64,000 bases of DNA from Devosia sp. CN2-171 (GTDB taxonomy: Bacteria; Pseudomonadota; Alphaproteobacteria; Rhizobiales; Devosiaceae): contig NZ_CP186479.1 in the NCBI RefSeq assembly GCF_049354815.1, positions 2,997,419 to 3,061,418 of the forward strand, in the 5' to 3' direction. The notes beneath the pieces were generated by a model. That model was not told where the DNA came from. It ran no database searches and was given only the letters and a program-made list of their open reading frames with translations. The stretch's first letter is position 1. Every line of letters starts with the position of its first letter. The position numbers and the translations under genes were made by a program. Of the stretch, positions 31,381 through 40,387 are shown piece by piece.

Positions 31381-31426
31381 AGAGCGAACACCGCCGGGAG
31401 ATCGCTCCCCCCGGCGGCTTGAGTGG

Positions 31427-32575
31427 TTACTCCTCGCGGAGCTTGACCAGATCGTTCATCAGGCCCGCCGTACCATTGTGGATGGTCAGGCGCTCGACCT
31501 TGCCGGCGATATCGCTCAGGGCTTCGAGCTCCTTGAGCCGCAGCATCACCGGGTTCTCCGCCATTACGCGCGCCGTGTTGAGCAGCGAACGGGTCGCGTT
31601 CGTCTCCTCGCGGCGACGGATGACGTTGGCCTCGGCCTCCTTCTCGGCCGCGACAACCTTGTTGAGGATGTCGCGCATCTCACCGGGCAGGATCACGTCC
31701 TTGATGGCGATCTCACCGACCGAGACACCGATCGCGGCCATCTGCGTCCGGACCTCGGCAATCGCCTCGGCCTCGGCCGTTACCTTGTCGGCGAGGATTT
31801 CGTCGAGGCTCTTGGTACCGAGCGACTTGCGGAACGCAAACTGCAGGGCACGGTAGAGCGCATCGGCGAAATCCTTGACCGTGGTCGCGGCCTTGATCGC
31901 GTCGATCACCTGGTAGTCGGCGCCGAGGTTCACCCGCAGCGTGACACGGTCACGCGTCAGGATCTCCTGGCCGGTCACATCGAGCGACTGCCGGCGGAGG
32001 TCGATGACCTTCACCGCCACCTTCTTCGTCACTGCCCAGAACATGTGCGCGCCCGCCTCGAGCTCGCGGACGAACTTGCCGTCGACGAACATCAGGCCGA
32101 CATGGCCTTCGGCGACGTCGACGGAGGTGACGAGGGCGAGCTTGGCGAGACCGCTGAGGCGCTTCTGCACCTTGTCCGGCACCGCCAGGTCACCGTCGAC
32201 CGCAAGGTGCTCGGTAGTCCACGGACCGGCTTCGGTCCAGAAGACTGCTCGTTCCTCCGGCTTCAGCACCGCATGGAGGCGCTTGTCGCGCGAGACGACA
32301 ACCACCTCGTCGGCACCGGCGCGAATCTCGGTCAGGTGCTGCGCCACCACCGAAGCCTGGTCGCGGAACAGCGCCTTGTCGAAGATCGAGACGAACTCCG
32401 GACGCGCGAGATCGTGCCATTCGATCTCGAGCCGGCCGCGGTCAGCCCGCAGCACGTGCTCGCCCGGGGTGAGGACCCCACGGAACTTGCCCTTGTACAG
32501 CGCGATCGCGCGCTGGTTTTCCTTGACTATCACGCGCTGCACACCGCGCACGCGATCCAGAATTTCGATCACCAT
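31427..32575 (-). CDS. SPFH/band-7 domain protein (flotillin/YqiK-like)
   Basis: 382 aa with SPFH core and coiled-coil C-terminus (AEKEAEANVIRRREE). Confidence 0.78.
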   Translation of the reverse strand: MVIEILDRVRGVQRVIVKENQRAIALYKGKFRGVLTPGEHVLRADRGRLEIEWHDLARPEFVSIFDKALFRDQASVVAQHLTEIRAGADEVVVVSRDKRLHAVLKPEERAVFWTEAGPWTTEHLAVDGDLAVPDKVQKRLSGLAKLALVTSVDVAEGHVGLMFVDGKFVRELEAGAHMFWAVTKKVAVKVIDLRRQSLDVTGQEILTRDRVTLRVNLGADYQVIDAIKAATTVKDFADALYRALQFAFRKSLGTKSLDEILADKVTAEAEAIAEVRTQMAAIGVSVGEIAIKDVILPGEMRDILNKVVAAEKEAEANVIRRREETNATRSLLNTARVMAENPVMLRLKELEALSDIAGKVERLTIHNGTAGLMNDLVKLREE

Positions 32576-32969
32576 GGTCGTACCTCCTGCGTCTCAAGCC
32601 TCTAGGTCATGCCCTGAGCTCGTCCTTCACTCGTTTGGGCCGATTGGCCCGGTGGTTCGCCAGCCCGCACCATGCGGGACCGGTCGAATTCTGCAGATCA
32701 AGCTTCGGGGCGGCCGACCGACCGGAGTCGCGGACCACGGCGAGCGGGATGGCGATGGAATGGCGAAGCCATGGCGCAAACGCGTGCGCGGACCGGGCCA
32801 GAACCACGTTCATCCTTCAGCCGGAGCCTGGCGGCCCCCGGAGGGCGGTTCCGGCTTTGGCAGTTCGGAGGCCGAAGCCGCCTCGCTGCCGCGACCGGTC
32901 CCACAGGACCGGCCCCGAAACCCTAAGTCTCAATAACCAGCACCTGAAGCTGGCGGCCGTTTACAGGGC

Positions 32970-33041
32970 CGTGATGGAGGGATTCGAACCCTCTACAGTC
33001 AGATTACAAATCTGATGCTCTTACCCAATGAGCTACATCCA
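32970..33041 (-). tRNA. tRNA-like gene, closest to tRNA-Thr(TGT); D-, anticodon- and T-arms canonical but the acceptor stem pairs only 4/7 as read
   Basis: The reverse complement gives TA-GCTC-ATTGGGTAA-GAGC, an anticodon arm TCAGA-TTTGTAA-TCTGA and a T-arm GAGGG-TTCGAAT-CCCTC. The 5' acceptor ATGGATG does not pair fully with the 3' CATCACG. An alternative reading of the loop gives a GTA anticodon. Confidence 0.5.
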
Positions 33042-33114
33042 TGGAGCACACAGCAGGGATCGAACCCGCGACCTCCGGATCATCTCCGGCGCTCTGCCAC
33101 TGAGCTAGGTGCGC
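33042..33114 (-). tRNA. tRNA-like gene with CCA and a non-canonical shortened anticodon arm (CCGG-AGATGAT-CCGG or CCGGA-GATGA-TCCGG); possibly a pseudogene
   Basis: Canonical D-arm (GCTC-AGTGGCA-GAGC), T-arm (GCGGG-TTCGATC-CCTGC) and acceptor (6/7 pairs). The anticodon arm is 1-2 nt short and position 33 is not U. It directly abuts the downstream tRNA-like gene. Confidence 0.4.
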
Positions 33115-33287
33115 AATCCCGGTTTCCTGTGACGGGCGGTACACGGGGAGGCAACGCCATCCGCGCCAGGCGAGAGCTCACGAGCTCGACCCTTTGCCAA
33201 TCACCGGCAAGTCGCCGGGAGCGGGCGTCTAGGCCTTTGTTCGCGCATCTGCAAGCGATTACTTTGCAGTACTTTTGGGTACGGCAA

Positions 33288-33315
33288 ATCACTGTTGCCT
33301 TGCAGCAACAGTGAT
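33288..33315. terminator. perfect 11-bp inverted repeat hairpin (ATCACTGTTGC-cttgca-GCAACAGTGAT) 3' of the ABC transporter gene, within a larger imperfect palindrome of about 70 bp
   Basis: Read directly. Sits 23 bp beyond the stop of the minus-strand ABC transporter. No U-tract. Confidence 0.5.
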
Positions 33316-33337
33316 GGACAAGTACTTGCCGGTACGC

Positions 33338-35083
33338 TCAGCTGGCGTTGACGTGCCCGAACTGTGCGCCGTGCAGCCGCGCATAGGCGCCGCCCTGCTT
33401 CAGCAACTGGTCGTGGGTACCCTCTTCGACGATGCCCTCGGTTCCCACTACGACGATGCGGTCGGCGTTGCGGATCGTCGCCAGCCGATGCGCCACGACC
33501 AGCGTCGTCCGCCCCTCGCTGAGAGCGCTCAGTGCCTGCTGGATGGCATGTTCGGTGGCCGTGTCCAGCGCCGAGGTGGCTTCGTCGAGGATCAGGATCG
33601 GCGGGTTCTTGAGGAATATCCGCCCGATGGCGAGGCGCTGCTTCTGGCCGCCCGAGAGCCTTACCCCACGTTCGCCGGCTAGCGTATCGAGCCCATCTGG
33701 CAGCGCGGCGACGAACTCGTCGAGCGCGGCGCGGCGCAACGCGTCCCAGATCTCGTCGTCACTGGCGCCGAGCCGGCCATAGGCGACGTTCTCGCGAATG
33801 GTCGAGCCAAACAGGAACACATCCTGCTGCACGATGCCGATCTGGCTCCGCAGCGAGGCCTGGGTCATGTCGCGGATATCGGTGCCGTCGATGGTGATCG
33901 CGCCACCGGTGACATCGTAGAAGCGCGGCAGCAGCGAGCAGATCGTCGTCTTGCCGGCGCCGGAGGGGCCGACGAAGGCAATGGTCTCGCCGGCCTTGAT
34001 GGTGAGGTTCAACCCGTCGAGCACCTTGCCGTGCTCGGAATAGGCAAAGCTCACGTCCTTGTACTCGATGTCGCCCTTCAGCCCCGACACGACCTTGGCG
34101 CCGGGACGGTCGGCGATGTCGGGCTCGGTGTCGATCAGCGTTGTGAAGCGGCGGAAGCCGGCGATGCCCTTGGGATAGCTCTCCAGCACCGAGGTGATCT
34201 TGTCGATCGGGCGAAAGAAGACGTTGACCAGCAGCAGGAAGCCGACGAAGCCGCCATAGCTGAGTTCGCCCCGGATGACGAACCAGGTGCCGGCGACCAT
34301 GACGATCAGCTGCACGAGGCGCGTCGACAGGTAGCTCAGCGCGATCGAGGCGGTCATGTAGGCATAGGCGTTGAGCTTGGTCGCCTTGTAGTTCGCGTTG
34401 TTCTCGGCGAAGAGGCCGCGCTCGTAATCCTCGTTGGCGAAAGCCTTGACCACGCGGATGCCGCCCACGCTCTCCTGCACGCGCACGTTGAAGTCGCCGA
34501 CCCGACGGAAGAGGCTCTGCCAGTTGAGCGTCATCTTGGCGCCGTAGCGCGACACCAGCCAGGTCATGAACGGCACGATCACCGTGGTCAGCAGCGCCAG
34601 CTGCCGATGCACCATGAACATCAGCAGGAACGCGCCGATGAAGGTCATGATGGCGATGAACAGGTCCTCAGGACCGTGATGGGCGACCTCGCCCACTTCC
34701 TCGAGGTCCTTGGTGACGTGGGTGATCAGCTGGCCCGACTTGTTGTTGTCGAAATAGCGGAAGCTCAGCTTCTGGATGTGGTCGAAAGCCTGCCGGCGCA
34801 TCTCGGTCTCGATCGAGATGCCGAGCGCATGGCCCCAGTAATTGACGATGGCCTGCAGCCCGGTGTTGAGCACATAGATGCCGAGCAGCGCCGCGGCCGC
34901 CATGGCGATCAGCACCCAGTTCTGCCCGGGCAGCAGCCGGTCGACGAACATCTGCACTGCAAGCGGGAAGGCGAGTTCGAGGAGGCCCGCGATCACGGCG
35001 CAGCCGAAATCGAGGAAGAACAGATGCTTGTAGGGGGCGTAGTAGGAAAAGAAGCGGCGCAGCATCAAATTCGTCCGAGGCAA
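33338..35083 (-). CDS. ABC transporter permease/ATP-binding fusion protein (MsbA/exporter type)
   Basis: Six-TM N-terminal domain. Walker A GPSGAGKTT, signature LSGGQKQR, Walker B ILILDEATSALD. Confidence 0.9.
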   Translation of the reverse strand: MPRTNLMLRRFFSYYAPYKHLFFLDFGCAVIAGLLELAFPLAVQMFVDRLLPGQNWVLIAMAAAALLGIYVLNTGLQAIVNYWGHALGISIETEMRRQAFDHIQKLSFRYFDNNKSGQLITHVTKDLEEVGEVAHHGPEDLFIAIMTFIGAFLLMFMVHRQLALLTTVIVPFMTWLVSRYGAKMTLNWQSLFRRVGDFNVRVQESVGGIRVVKAFANEDYERGLFAENNANYKATKLNAYAYMTASIALSYLSTRLVQLIVMVAGTWFVIRGELSYGGFVGFLLLVNVFFRPIDKITSVLESYPKGIAGFRRFTTLIDTEPDIADRPGAKVVSGLKGDIEYKDVSFAYSEHGKVLDGLNLTIKAGETIAFVGPSGAGKTTICSLLPRFYDVTGGAITIDGTDIRDMTQASLRSQIGIVQQDVFLFGSTIRENVAYGRLGASDDEIWDALRRAALDEFVAALPDGLDTLAGERGVRLSGGQKQRLAIGRIFLKNPPILILDEATSALDTATEHAIQQALSALSEGRTTLVVAHRLATIRNADRIVVVGTEGIVEEGTHDQLLKQGGAYARLHGAQFGHVNAS

Positions 35084-35138
35084 TCAGCTTAAGCGGGTCT
35101 CCGCTTAGGCCCGTTGCCCGGACCTGTCCACTGGAGGC

Positions 35139-36044
35139 TCAGAAGGCTAGACTCCACGTTGCCAGCGTCGTGCTGCCCTCGAAACGATTGACCGCGTTGA
35201 ACTCGCGGTAGTGCCGGAAGCTGAACTGGCCCATCGGGGTCAGGTAGCTGGCACCCACGCCGACGGCGTCGACGCTGCCCTTGAGATCGCCATAGAGGGC
35301 GCCCGCGCCGGAGTCCCCGGTCAGCTGGCGATAGTCGTAACCGACGATGCCGGCCGTGAAGCCATTGCCGAAGTCCTTGCCCACCGCCCACTCGAAATGC
35401 ATCTCGGTGCCGGTCTGGTAGTCGGTCGCGGTATTCTCGAAACTATAGGTGAAGCCGAGTTGGCCGTTCACCTGGATCAGGGTCTGCGGCTCGATCCAGG
35501 TGAAGCCCCAGCCGGCATCGATTGCCGGACGGTTGAGGCCGGTGCTGGGGAAGAAACCGACGTCGTAGGTGCCGGTCGGGAGCACGGCCGAGACATAGGC
35601 GGTGTGGAAGAAGGTGCCTTCCTGCCAGCCCAGTTGCGCCTTGATCCAGGTGTCCATGGCGCCCCAGCCGTCGGTCTGGGCACTAATCATGCCGTTGTAG
35701 ACCGACCCGGCGAAATCGGTGTGCGCCACCCCGATCGTGGCGCCGAGACCGAGCGTACCGCCCAGGATCGGCATATCCGGCACATAGAGCAGGTTGACGC
35801 CGGTCTCGAAGAAGTCGAGTTCGGCGCCGGGATCGACCGGCAGGCCGCCAAACATGGCCCCGCTCTGGGTGACGCCGCTATAGTAGCCGATGAAGGGCGT
35901 CACATAGGTCTTGGCCGGCGGCGTGACGCCGGCATTGAACGCCGTGCTGCCCAGCTTGTAGACACCGAGGCCCGCCTCGGCGGCGAGCAGCGGCGCCGGC
36001 GCCGCGAGCAGGCCGAGTATGGATGCCGAAATGATCCTGCGCAT
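35139..36044 (-). CDS. outer-membrane beta-barrel protein (MetA-pathway/transporter-like OMP family)
   Basis: Signal peptide and an alternating beta-strand pattern. Terminal Phe (WSLAF). Confidence 0.6.
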   Translation of the reverse strand: MRRIISASILGLLAAPAPLLAAEAGLGVYKLGSTAFNAGVTPPAKTYVTPFIGYYSGVTQSGAMFGGLPVDPGAELDFFETGVNLLYVPDMPILGGTLGLGATIGVAHTDFAGSVYNGMISAQTDGWGAMDTWIKAQLGWQEGTFFHTAYVSAVLPTGTYDVGFFPSTGLNRPAIDAGWGFTWIEPQTLIQVNGQLGFTYSFENTATDYQTGTEMHFEWAVGKDFGNGFTAGIVGYDYRQLTGDSGAGALYGDLKGSVDAVGVGASYLTPMGQFSFRHYREFNAVNRFEGSTTLATWSLAF

Positions 36045-36169
36045 AGCCGCTCCCCAAATGCCGACTCAGCAGACGAATTTTGGGCGCTTCAGGTCCGTTC
36101 GACAACGTTGGCGTTCGGCCTGTCCCCCGATCACACGAGAGACGCTAGCCAACTATCAGCAATGATTCG

Positions 36170-36529
36170 TTAACGGCGCCGACGAATCAGCTCGTTGCTC
36201 AGCCAGGTGAGATCCTCAGGCGCGAGGCGGCCGATGTCGCGGGCGAGGCGGTTGGCGAGCTCGGTCGCCTGGGCAGGCATGCCGGCGGTATCGATGGTGA
36301 TCTTGGGATCGCTCATCTCGGCAAGGCGCTGCAGCTCCTCTGCATCGTCCCAGATGACGTTGAAATAGGCGATGATCTTTTGCAGCAGCGTAAAGGTCGG
36401 CTTGCCGCGCCGGCCGTGCTCGAGCGCGCTGAGATAGGCACTCGATACGTCAAGCGCCGCCGCCATCTCCTTGAGCGTCACGCCGCGCTCGTCGCGCATA
36501 GCCCGCAGTTTTTCTCCCAACGGGGTCAT
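36170..36529 (-). CDS. XRE-family helix-turn-helix transcriptional regulator
   Basis: HTH motif LRAMRDERGVTLKEMAAALDVSSAYLSALEHG. Overlaps the upstream Smr gene by 4 bp. Confidence 0.65.
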   Translation of the reverse strand: MTPLGEKLRAMRDERGVTLKEMAAALDVSSAYLSALEHGRRGKPTFTLLQKIIAYFNVIWDDAEELQRLAEMSDPKITIDTAGMPAQATELANRLARDIGRLAPEDLTWLSNELIRRRR

Positions 36530-37113
36530 CGATAATCGCGCTCCCGGCGCAGGCGGACATAGAAGGCACCGTCGCCGCCATGCCCCTGCGCCGCCGTATC
36601 CCAGCCGGCGACGAGCGGGGCGAGATTGGGCTCCGACAGCCAGATCGGCAGCATGGCGCGCAACACGCCGCGCTCGACGATCACCGCCGCATCGTCGCCG
36701 AGCTTTTTCAGCCCCTTGCCGGTGATCACCAGCAAGGTCCGGTCGCCACGCGCCGAGCGGGCATGAATGAAACGGGTCAGAGCCGCGTGGGCCTCGACCT
36801 GGCGCATGCCGTGCAGGTCGATGGTGCCGTCGATCTCTTCGCGGCCGCGCTGCAGGCGCTGCTTGAGGTTGGGTTCGATTCCGGCCCGCGGCTTCTTTCC
36901 CGGCCGGCCATCGGATTGATATGGCGGCATAACAGGCACGAGCCGATGGGGTTTCGGACGCGGAGCCGGCGGGGCCACAGGCAGCGGCAGGGGTTCGGAG
37001 TCGAGGTTCACGATCGGGCGCTGGGGGCGAAGTGGCGAAACGGTCTGGCGCACCTCGAGCCAAAGGTGCCAGTCGGGGAGCTGGCCCTTCCCGTCCGACC
37101 GGCGCTTGGCCAT
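36526..37113 (-). CDS. Smr-domain protein (MutS2-related small nuclease domain)
   Basis: C-terminal Smr signature (TIDLHGMRQVEAHAALTRFI...LLVITGKG). Start at MAKRRSDGKG. Confidence 0.68.
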   Translation of the reverse strand: MAKRRSDGKGQLPDWHLWLEVRQTVSPLRPQRPIVNLDSEPLPLPVAPPAPRPKPHRLVPVMPPYQSDGRPGKKPRAGIEPNLKQRLQRGREEIDGTIDLHGMRQVEAHAALTRFIHARSARGDRTLLVITGKGLKKLGDDAAVIVERGVLRAMLPIWLSEPNLAPLVAGWDTAAQGHGGDGAFYVRLRRERDYR

Positions 37114-37138
37114 GGCATGTCGCCCCCGCCCGTCCGGC

Positions 37139-37852
37139 CTATTCGAGCTGGCTGGTGGCGACGAGCTTCCAGTTGGGGTCGCGCGACTTGGGGGAACGCG
37201 CAAAGGTCCATTCGTCGGCGATGTTGGTGACCTGGTCGGCATTGCCCTCGATCAGCGTGCCGTCCTTGTCGCGCGTGGCCGAGACCACCTCGGCATGGAA
37301 GCGGATGGTGACGCTGGCGAGCCGCTTGTCGCCCTCGGCTTCCGAGATCTCGATCTTGGGCAGGCCGACAAAGGTGAAGTCGACCGTGCGGCCGGCCGCC
37401 TCGCGCTCCTTGATAACGCGCTCGAAGCCGTCATAGACGTCCTTTTCGAGGAGGTTCTTCAGCGTCTGCCGGTCGCCCGAGGCAAAGGCGGTGACGATCA
37501 TCTCGTAGGCCGACTTGGCGCCTTCGAGGAAACTCTTGGGCGAGAAGGTCGGATCGACCTCGGCGATGGCCCTGAGCCCGCCCGCCACTTGTTCGTCGCC
37601 ATGCGCGACCTGAGTGATCTCAGCCTCGAGCTTGCGCTGGTGACGCTCGGCATCCTCATTGGTCTCGGGAACGGGACGCGGCCGCATCTGCACCACGTTC
37701 TCCTCGCCGGGCTTGGGAGCGGCGGCTTCGCGGCGCTGCGCCGGAGTCCTCTCGTTGCCGGTGCGGGTGCCGAGCACCTGGCGCAGGCGATAGAGCACCA
37801 CGATCGCGAGGCCGATCACGATGAGCGTGGGAATGTCGAAGAATTCATCCAT
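37139..37852 (-). CDS. Tim44-like domain protein
   Basis: N-terminal TM helix then a Tim44-like C-terminal domain. Its position opposite fxsA-secB is the arrangement I associate with other alphaproteobacteria. Confidence 0.65.
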   Translation of the reverse strand: MDEFFDIPTLIVIGLAIVVLYRLRQVLGTRTGNERTPAQRREAAAPKPGEENVVQMRPRPVPETNEDAERHQRKLEAEITQVAHGDEQVAGGLRAIAEVDPTFSPKSFLEGAKSAYEMIVTAFASGDRQTLKNLLEKDVYDGFERVIKEREAAGRTVDFTFVGLPKIEISEAEGDKRLASVTIRFHAEVVSATRDKDGTLIEGNADQVTNIADEWTFARSPKSRDPNWKLVATSQLE

Positions 37853-37999
37853 CGGGCACAGGTCTCGCGGCGAAGAAACGGGGTGGCGGCCATGGGCGGC
37901 CGGACAATCTGACCTATATATAGGGAAAGGCTCAGCCGGAAACCAGTTCACTTCCACCGGCACGGCTTTGTGACGCAGCGCTTTCGAAAGGGTTAGCCG

Positions 38000-38449
38000 T
38001 TGGGCCGCTTGTTGTTTCTGGCATTTCTCCTCGTCCCGCTGATCGAGATCGCCTGCTTCATCCTGATCGGTAACGCCATCGGACTATGGCCGACGCTCCT
38101 CGGCGTGCTGGTCACGGCGGTCGCCGGCTCGCTGCTGCTGCGCTTCCAGGGCATCTCGATCATCAACGATATCCGGGCGACGATGGGCCGCGGCGAGTTG
38201 CCGGCGCGTTCGCTCGCCGATGCAATGATGATCGGGCTCGCCGGTATTCTGCTCGTGACGCCCGGCTATTTCACCGACCTGCTCGGGCTGCTCCTCCTCA
38301 TTCCGCCCGTCCGCACGGCGCTCTACGCCTGGTTGCGCTCGCGGGTCCGGGTCGTCGCGACGACGACCAGTTCGGCCTATGGCTTCGGGCCACGCCGGGT
38401 CGAGGACGACACGATCGAGCTCGATTCGGACGAGTGGCGACCGCGCTGA
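38000..38449 (+). CDS. fxsA: FxsA family membrane protein
   Basis: LFLAFLLVPLIEIACFILIGNAIGLWPTLLGV... characteristic FxsA N-terminus. Confidence 0.72.
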   Translation: MGRLLFLAFLLVPLIEIACFILIGNAIGLWPTLLGVLVTAVAGSLLLRFQGISIINDIRATMGRGELPARSLADAMMIGLAGILLVTPGYFTDLLGLLLLIPPVRTALYAWLRSRVRVVATTTSSAYGFGPRRVEDDTIELDSDEWRPR

Positions 38450-38524
38450 GCCGCCGCGCGCTTGTGACCCAGGGCCAAAAGTGCTAGCCAGCCCGCCGAC
38501 TGAACGCTCGAGGACCATCAAGAT

Positions 38525-39025
38525 ATGGCTGACCAGACCCCGGCCGGCGCGGCCAATGCCCCGACCAATGCCGCCACGCCCCCCAGCTACAGCCTCGTGG
38601 GCCAGTATACCCGCGACCTGAGCTTCGAGAGCCCCGGCGCGCCGGGCTCGGTGCTGCTCGGCGGCGCCAATCCGAAATTCGACCTCGGCATCAATGTCGG
38701 CGTCAAGAAGCAGGCCGACGACCTTTATGCGGTCGAGCTCAACATCAAGGCCAAGGCCGAGCGCGACGCCAATCTGCTGTTCAATGTCGAGCTCGTCTAT
38801 GGCGGCGTGTTCCGGCTCAAGAACGTCACCGAGCAGCAGCTGCCGGGCCTGTTGATGGTCGAATGCCCGCGCATGATCTTCCCGTTCGCCCGGCACGTGC
38901 TGGCGACCGTCGTCCAGCTCGGCGGCTTCCCGCCGCTGATGATGGAGCCGGTCGATTTCACCGCGCTGTACCTCCAGAACCTCAAAGCCATGCAAGCCCA
39001 GCAGGCTCCGGCAGCGACGAACTGA
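38525..39025 (+). CDS. secB: protein-export chaperone SecB
   Basis: 166 aa with the SecB core (LLFNVELVYGGVFRLKNV...NVTEQQL...MIFPFARHVLATV). Confidence 0.92.
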   Translation: MADQTPAGAANAPTNAATPPSYSLVGQYTRDLSFESPGAPGSVLLGGANPKFDLGINVGVKKQADDLYAVELNIKAKAERDANLLFNVELVYGGVFRLKNVTEQQLPGLLMVECPRMIFPFARHVLATVVQLGGFPPLMMEPVDFTALYLQNLKAMQAQQAPAATN

Positions 39026-39040
39026 GGTAGGGTCCGCCCT

Positions 39041-39076
39041 TGCTTATCCTCCCCCGCTCCGCAGGGGAGGATAAGG
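39041..39076. terminator. hairpin GCTTATCCTCCCC-cgctccgca-GGGGAGGATAAGG immediately 3' of secB; shares the CCTCCCC/GGGGAGG theme with the MITE TIRs
   Basis: Read directly. Confidence 0.5.
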
Positions 39077-39080
39077 CGGC

Positions 39081-39794
39081 CTACTCCGCCGCCACCGAAA
39101 CTTCCGAGTACTTCACCCAGATCGCCTCGGCGCCCAGTGTGCCGACCAGCACGGCATGCGCCTTGAGCTCGGCATCGCTGAGCCGCGGTGCCAGCGGTAG
39201 CGGCCGCCGCCGGGCCGGTGCAAAGACGATCGGTCCACCGCCGGCTTCTGTGCGCGTATCGGAGCCCAGCGACAGCGCCACCTGTCGCCCACCGATCAGT
39301 TCGAGGTAAACGTCGGCGAGGATCTCGCTGTCGAGCAGCGCGCCGTGCAGCGTGCGCTTGGAATTATCGATGCCATAGTGCTTGCAGAGTGCATCGAGGC
39401 TGACGCGCGCGCCGGGGTGGCGCTGGCGCGCCACCATCACGGTATCGATCACCTGGTTGGAAAGCCGGGGCTTCCGCAGCCGCTCGAGCTCGAAATTCAG
39501 AAAACCGATATCGAAATCGGCATTGTGGATGACCAGCGTCGCGTCCCCGATGAACTCGAGGAAGTTATCCGCTTCGGCGGCGAAGAGCGCCTTGTCGCGC
39601 AGGAATTCGGTCGAGAGCCCATGGACGCGGAACGCCTCGTCGGGCACGTCGCGCTCAGGGTTGAGGTAGACGTGGAAATTGCGCCCGGTCGGGATGTGGT
39701 TCAGCAGCTCGACGCAGCCGATCTCGACCACCCGGTCGCCGCTCTGGTGCGAGAGGCCGGTGGTTTCGGTATCGAGCACGATTTCGCGAGTCAT
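39081..39794 (-). CDS. dnaQ: DNA polymerase III epsilon subunit (3'-5' proofreading exonuclease)
   Basis: Exo I DTETTG, Exo II HNADFD, Exo III HGALLDSEILADVY. Confidence 0.92.
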   Translation of the reverse strand: MTREIVLDTETTGLSHQSGDRVVEIGCVELLNHIPTGRNFHVYLNPERDVPDEAFRVHGLSTEFLRDKALFAAEADNFLEFIGDATLVIHNADFDIGFLNFELERLRKPRLSNQVIDTVMVARQRHPGARVSLDALCKHYGIDNSKRTLHGALLDSEILADVYLELIGGRQVALSLGSDTRTEAGGGPIVFAPARRRPLPLAPRLSDAELKAHAVLVGTLGAEAIWVKYSEVSVAAE

Positions 39795-40387
39795 GTGCGG
39801 GTTTTGGTCCTGAGCCGTTGCACCAGTCGGCGCACCTCGTCGCGCGTCGCCTCGATGGTGCCGGAAGTGTCGAATATGTAGGTGGCGCGCTTGATCTTTT
39901 CAGCCTGCGGCATCTGCCGAGCAAGGATCGCTTCCAGCTTATCCACCGTCATGCCCGGCCGTGCCAGCGCCCGCCGCCGCTGTTCAGTCGCGTCAACGGT
40001 CGTGACGATCACGCCATCAAGGCCCCAATCGACCCCGTTCTCGAACAGCAGCGGGATATCGACCACGGCGATCGCATCACCGGCCGCCTCGGCGTCGGCG
40101 AGGAACTGTTTGATCCCCGCCCGCACCAGCGGATGAACGATGGCCTCGAGCTCTTTGATCCGCTCGGGATGGCCGACCACCTGTCCGCTAAGCCGCTGTC
40201 GGTCGATCGCGCCGTCCACCGTCACGCCTGGGAACGCCGCCTCGACCGGCTCGACGGCCGCTCCGCGATAAAGCTCGTGCACATAGTCGTCGGACGAAAA
40301 GGTCGGCACGCCCAGCTCGGCAAAGGCCTTCAGCACCGTCGATTTGCCGGTCGCGATCGAGCCGGTAAGGCCGAGCTTGGTGGTCAC
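39791..40387 (-). CDS. coaE: dephospho-CoA kinase
   Basis: P-loop GLTGSIATGKST. About 198 aa. Confidence 0.9.
   Translation of the reverse strand: MTTKLGLTGSIATGKSTVLKAFAELGVPTFSSDDYVHELYRGAAVEPVEAAFPGVTVDGAIDRQRLSGQVVGHPERIKELEAIVHPLVRAGIKQFLADAEAAGDAIAVVDIPLLFENGVDWGLDGVIVTTVDATEQRRRALARPGMTVDKLEAILARQMPQAEKIKRATYIFDTSGTIEATRDEVRRLVQRLRTKTRT

Noticed and set aside
32578-33337. Possible two-piece (permuted) tmRNA (ssrA) in the long non-coding tract containing the tRNA-like pair.
   Set aside because: Both tRNA-like units have D-arms and anticodon-type arms, which a tmRNA tRNA-like domain lacks. No alphaproteobacterial tag reading frame (ANDN...) was found on either strand. A covariance-model search would be needed to exclude it fully.
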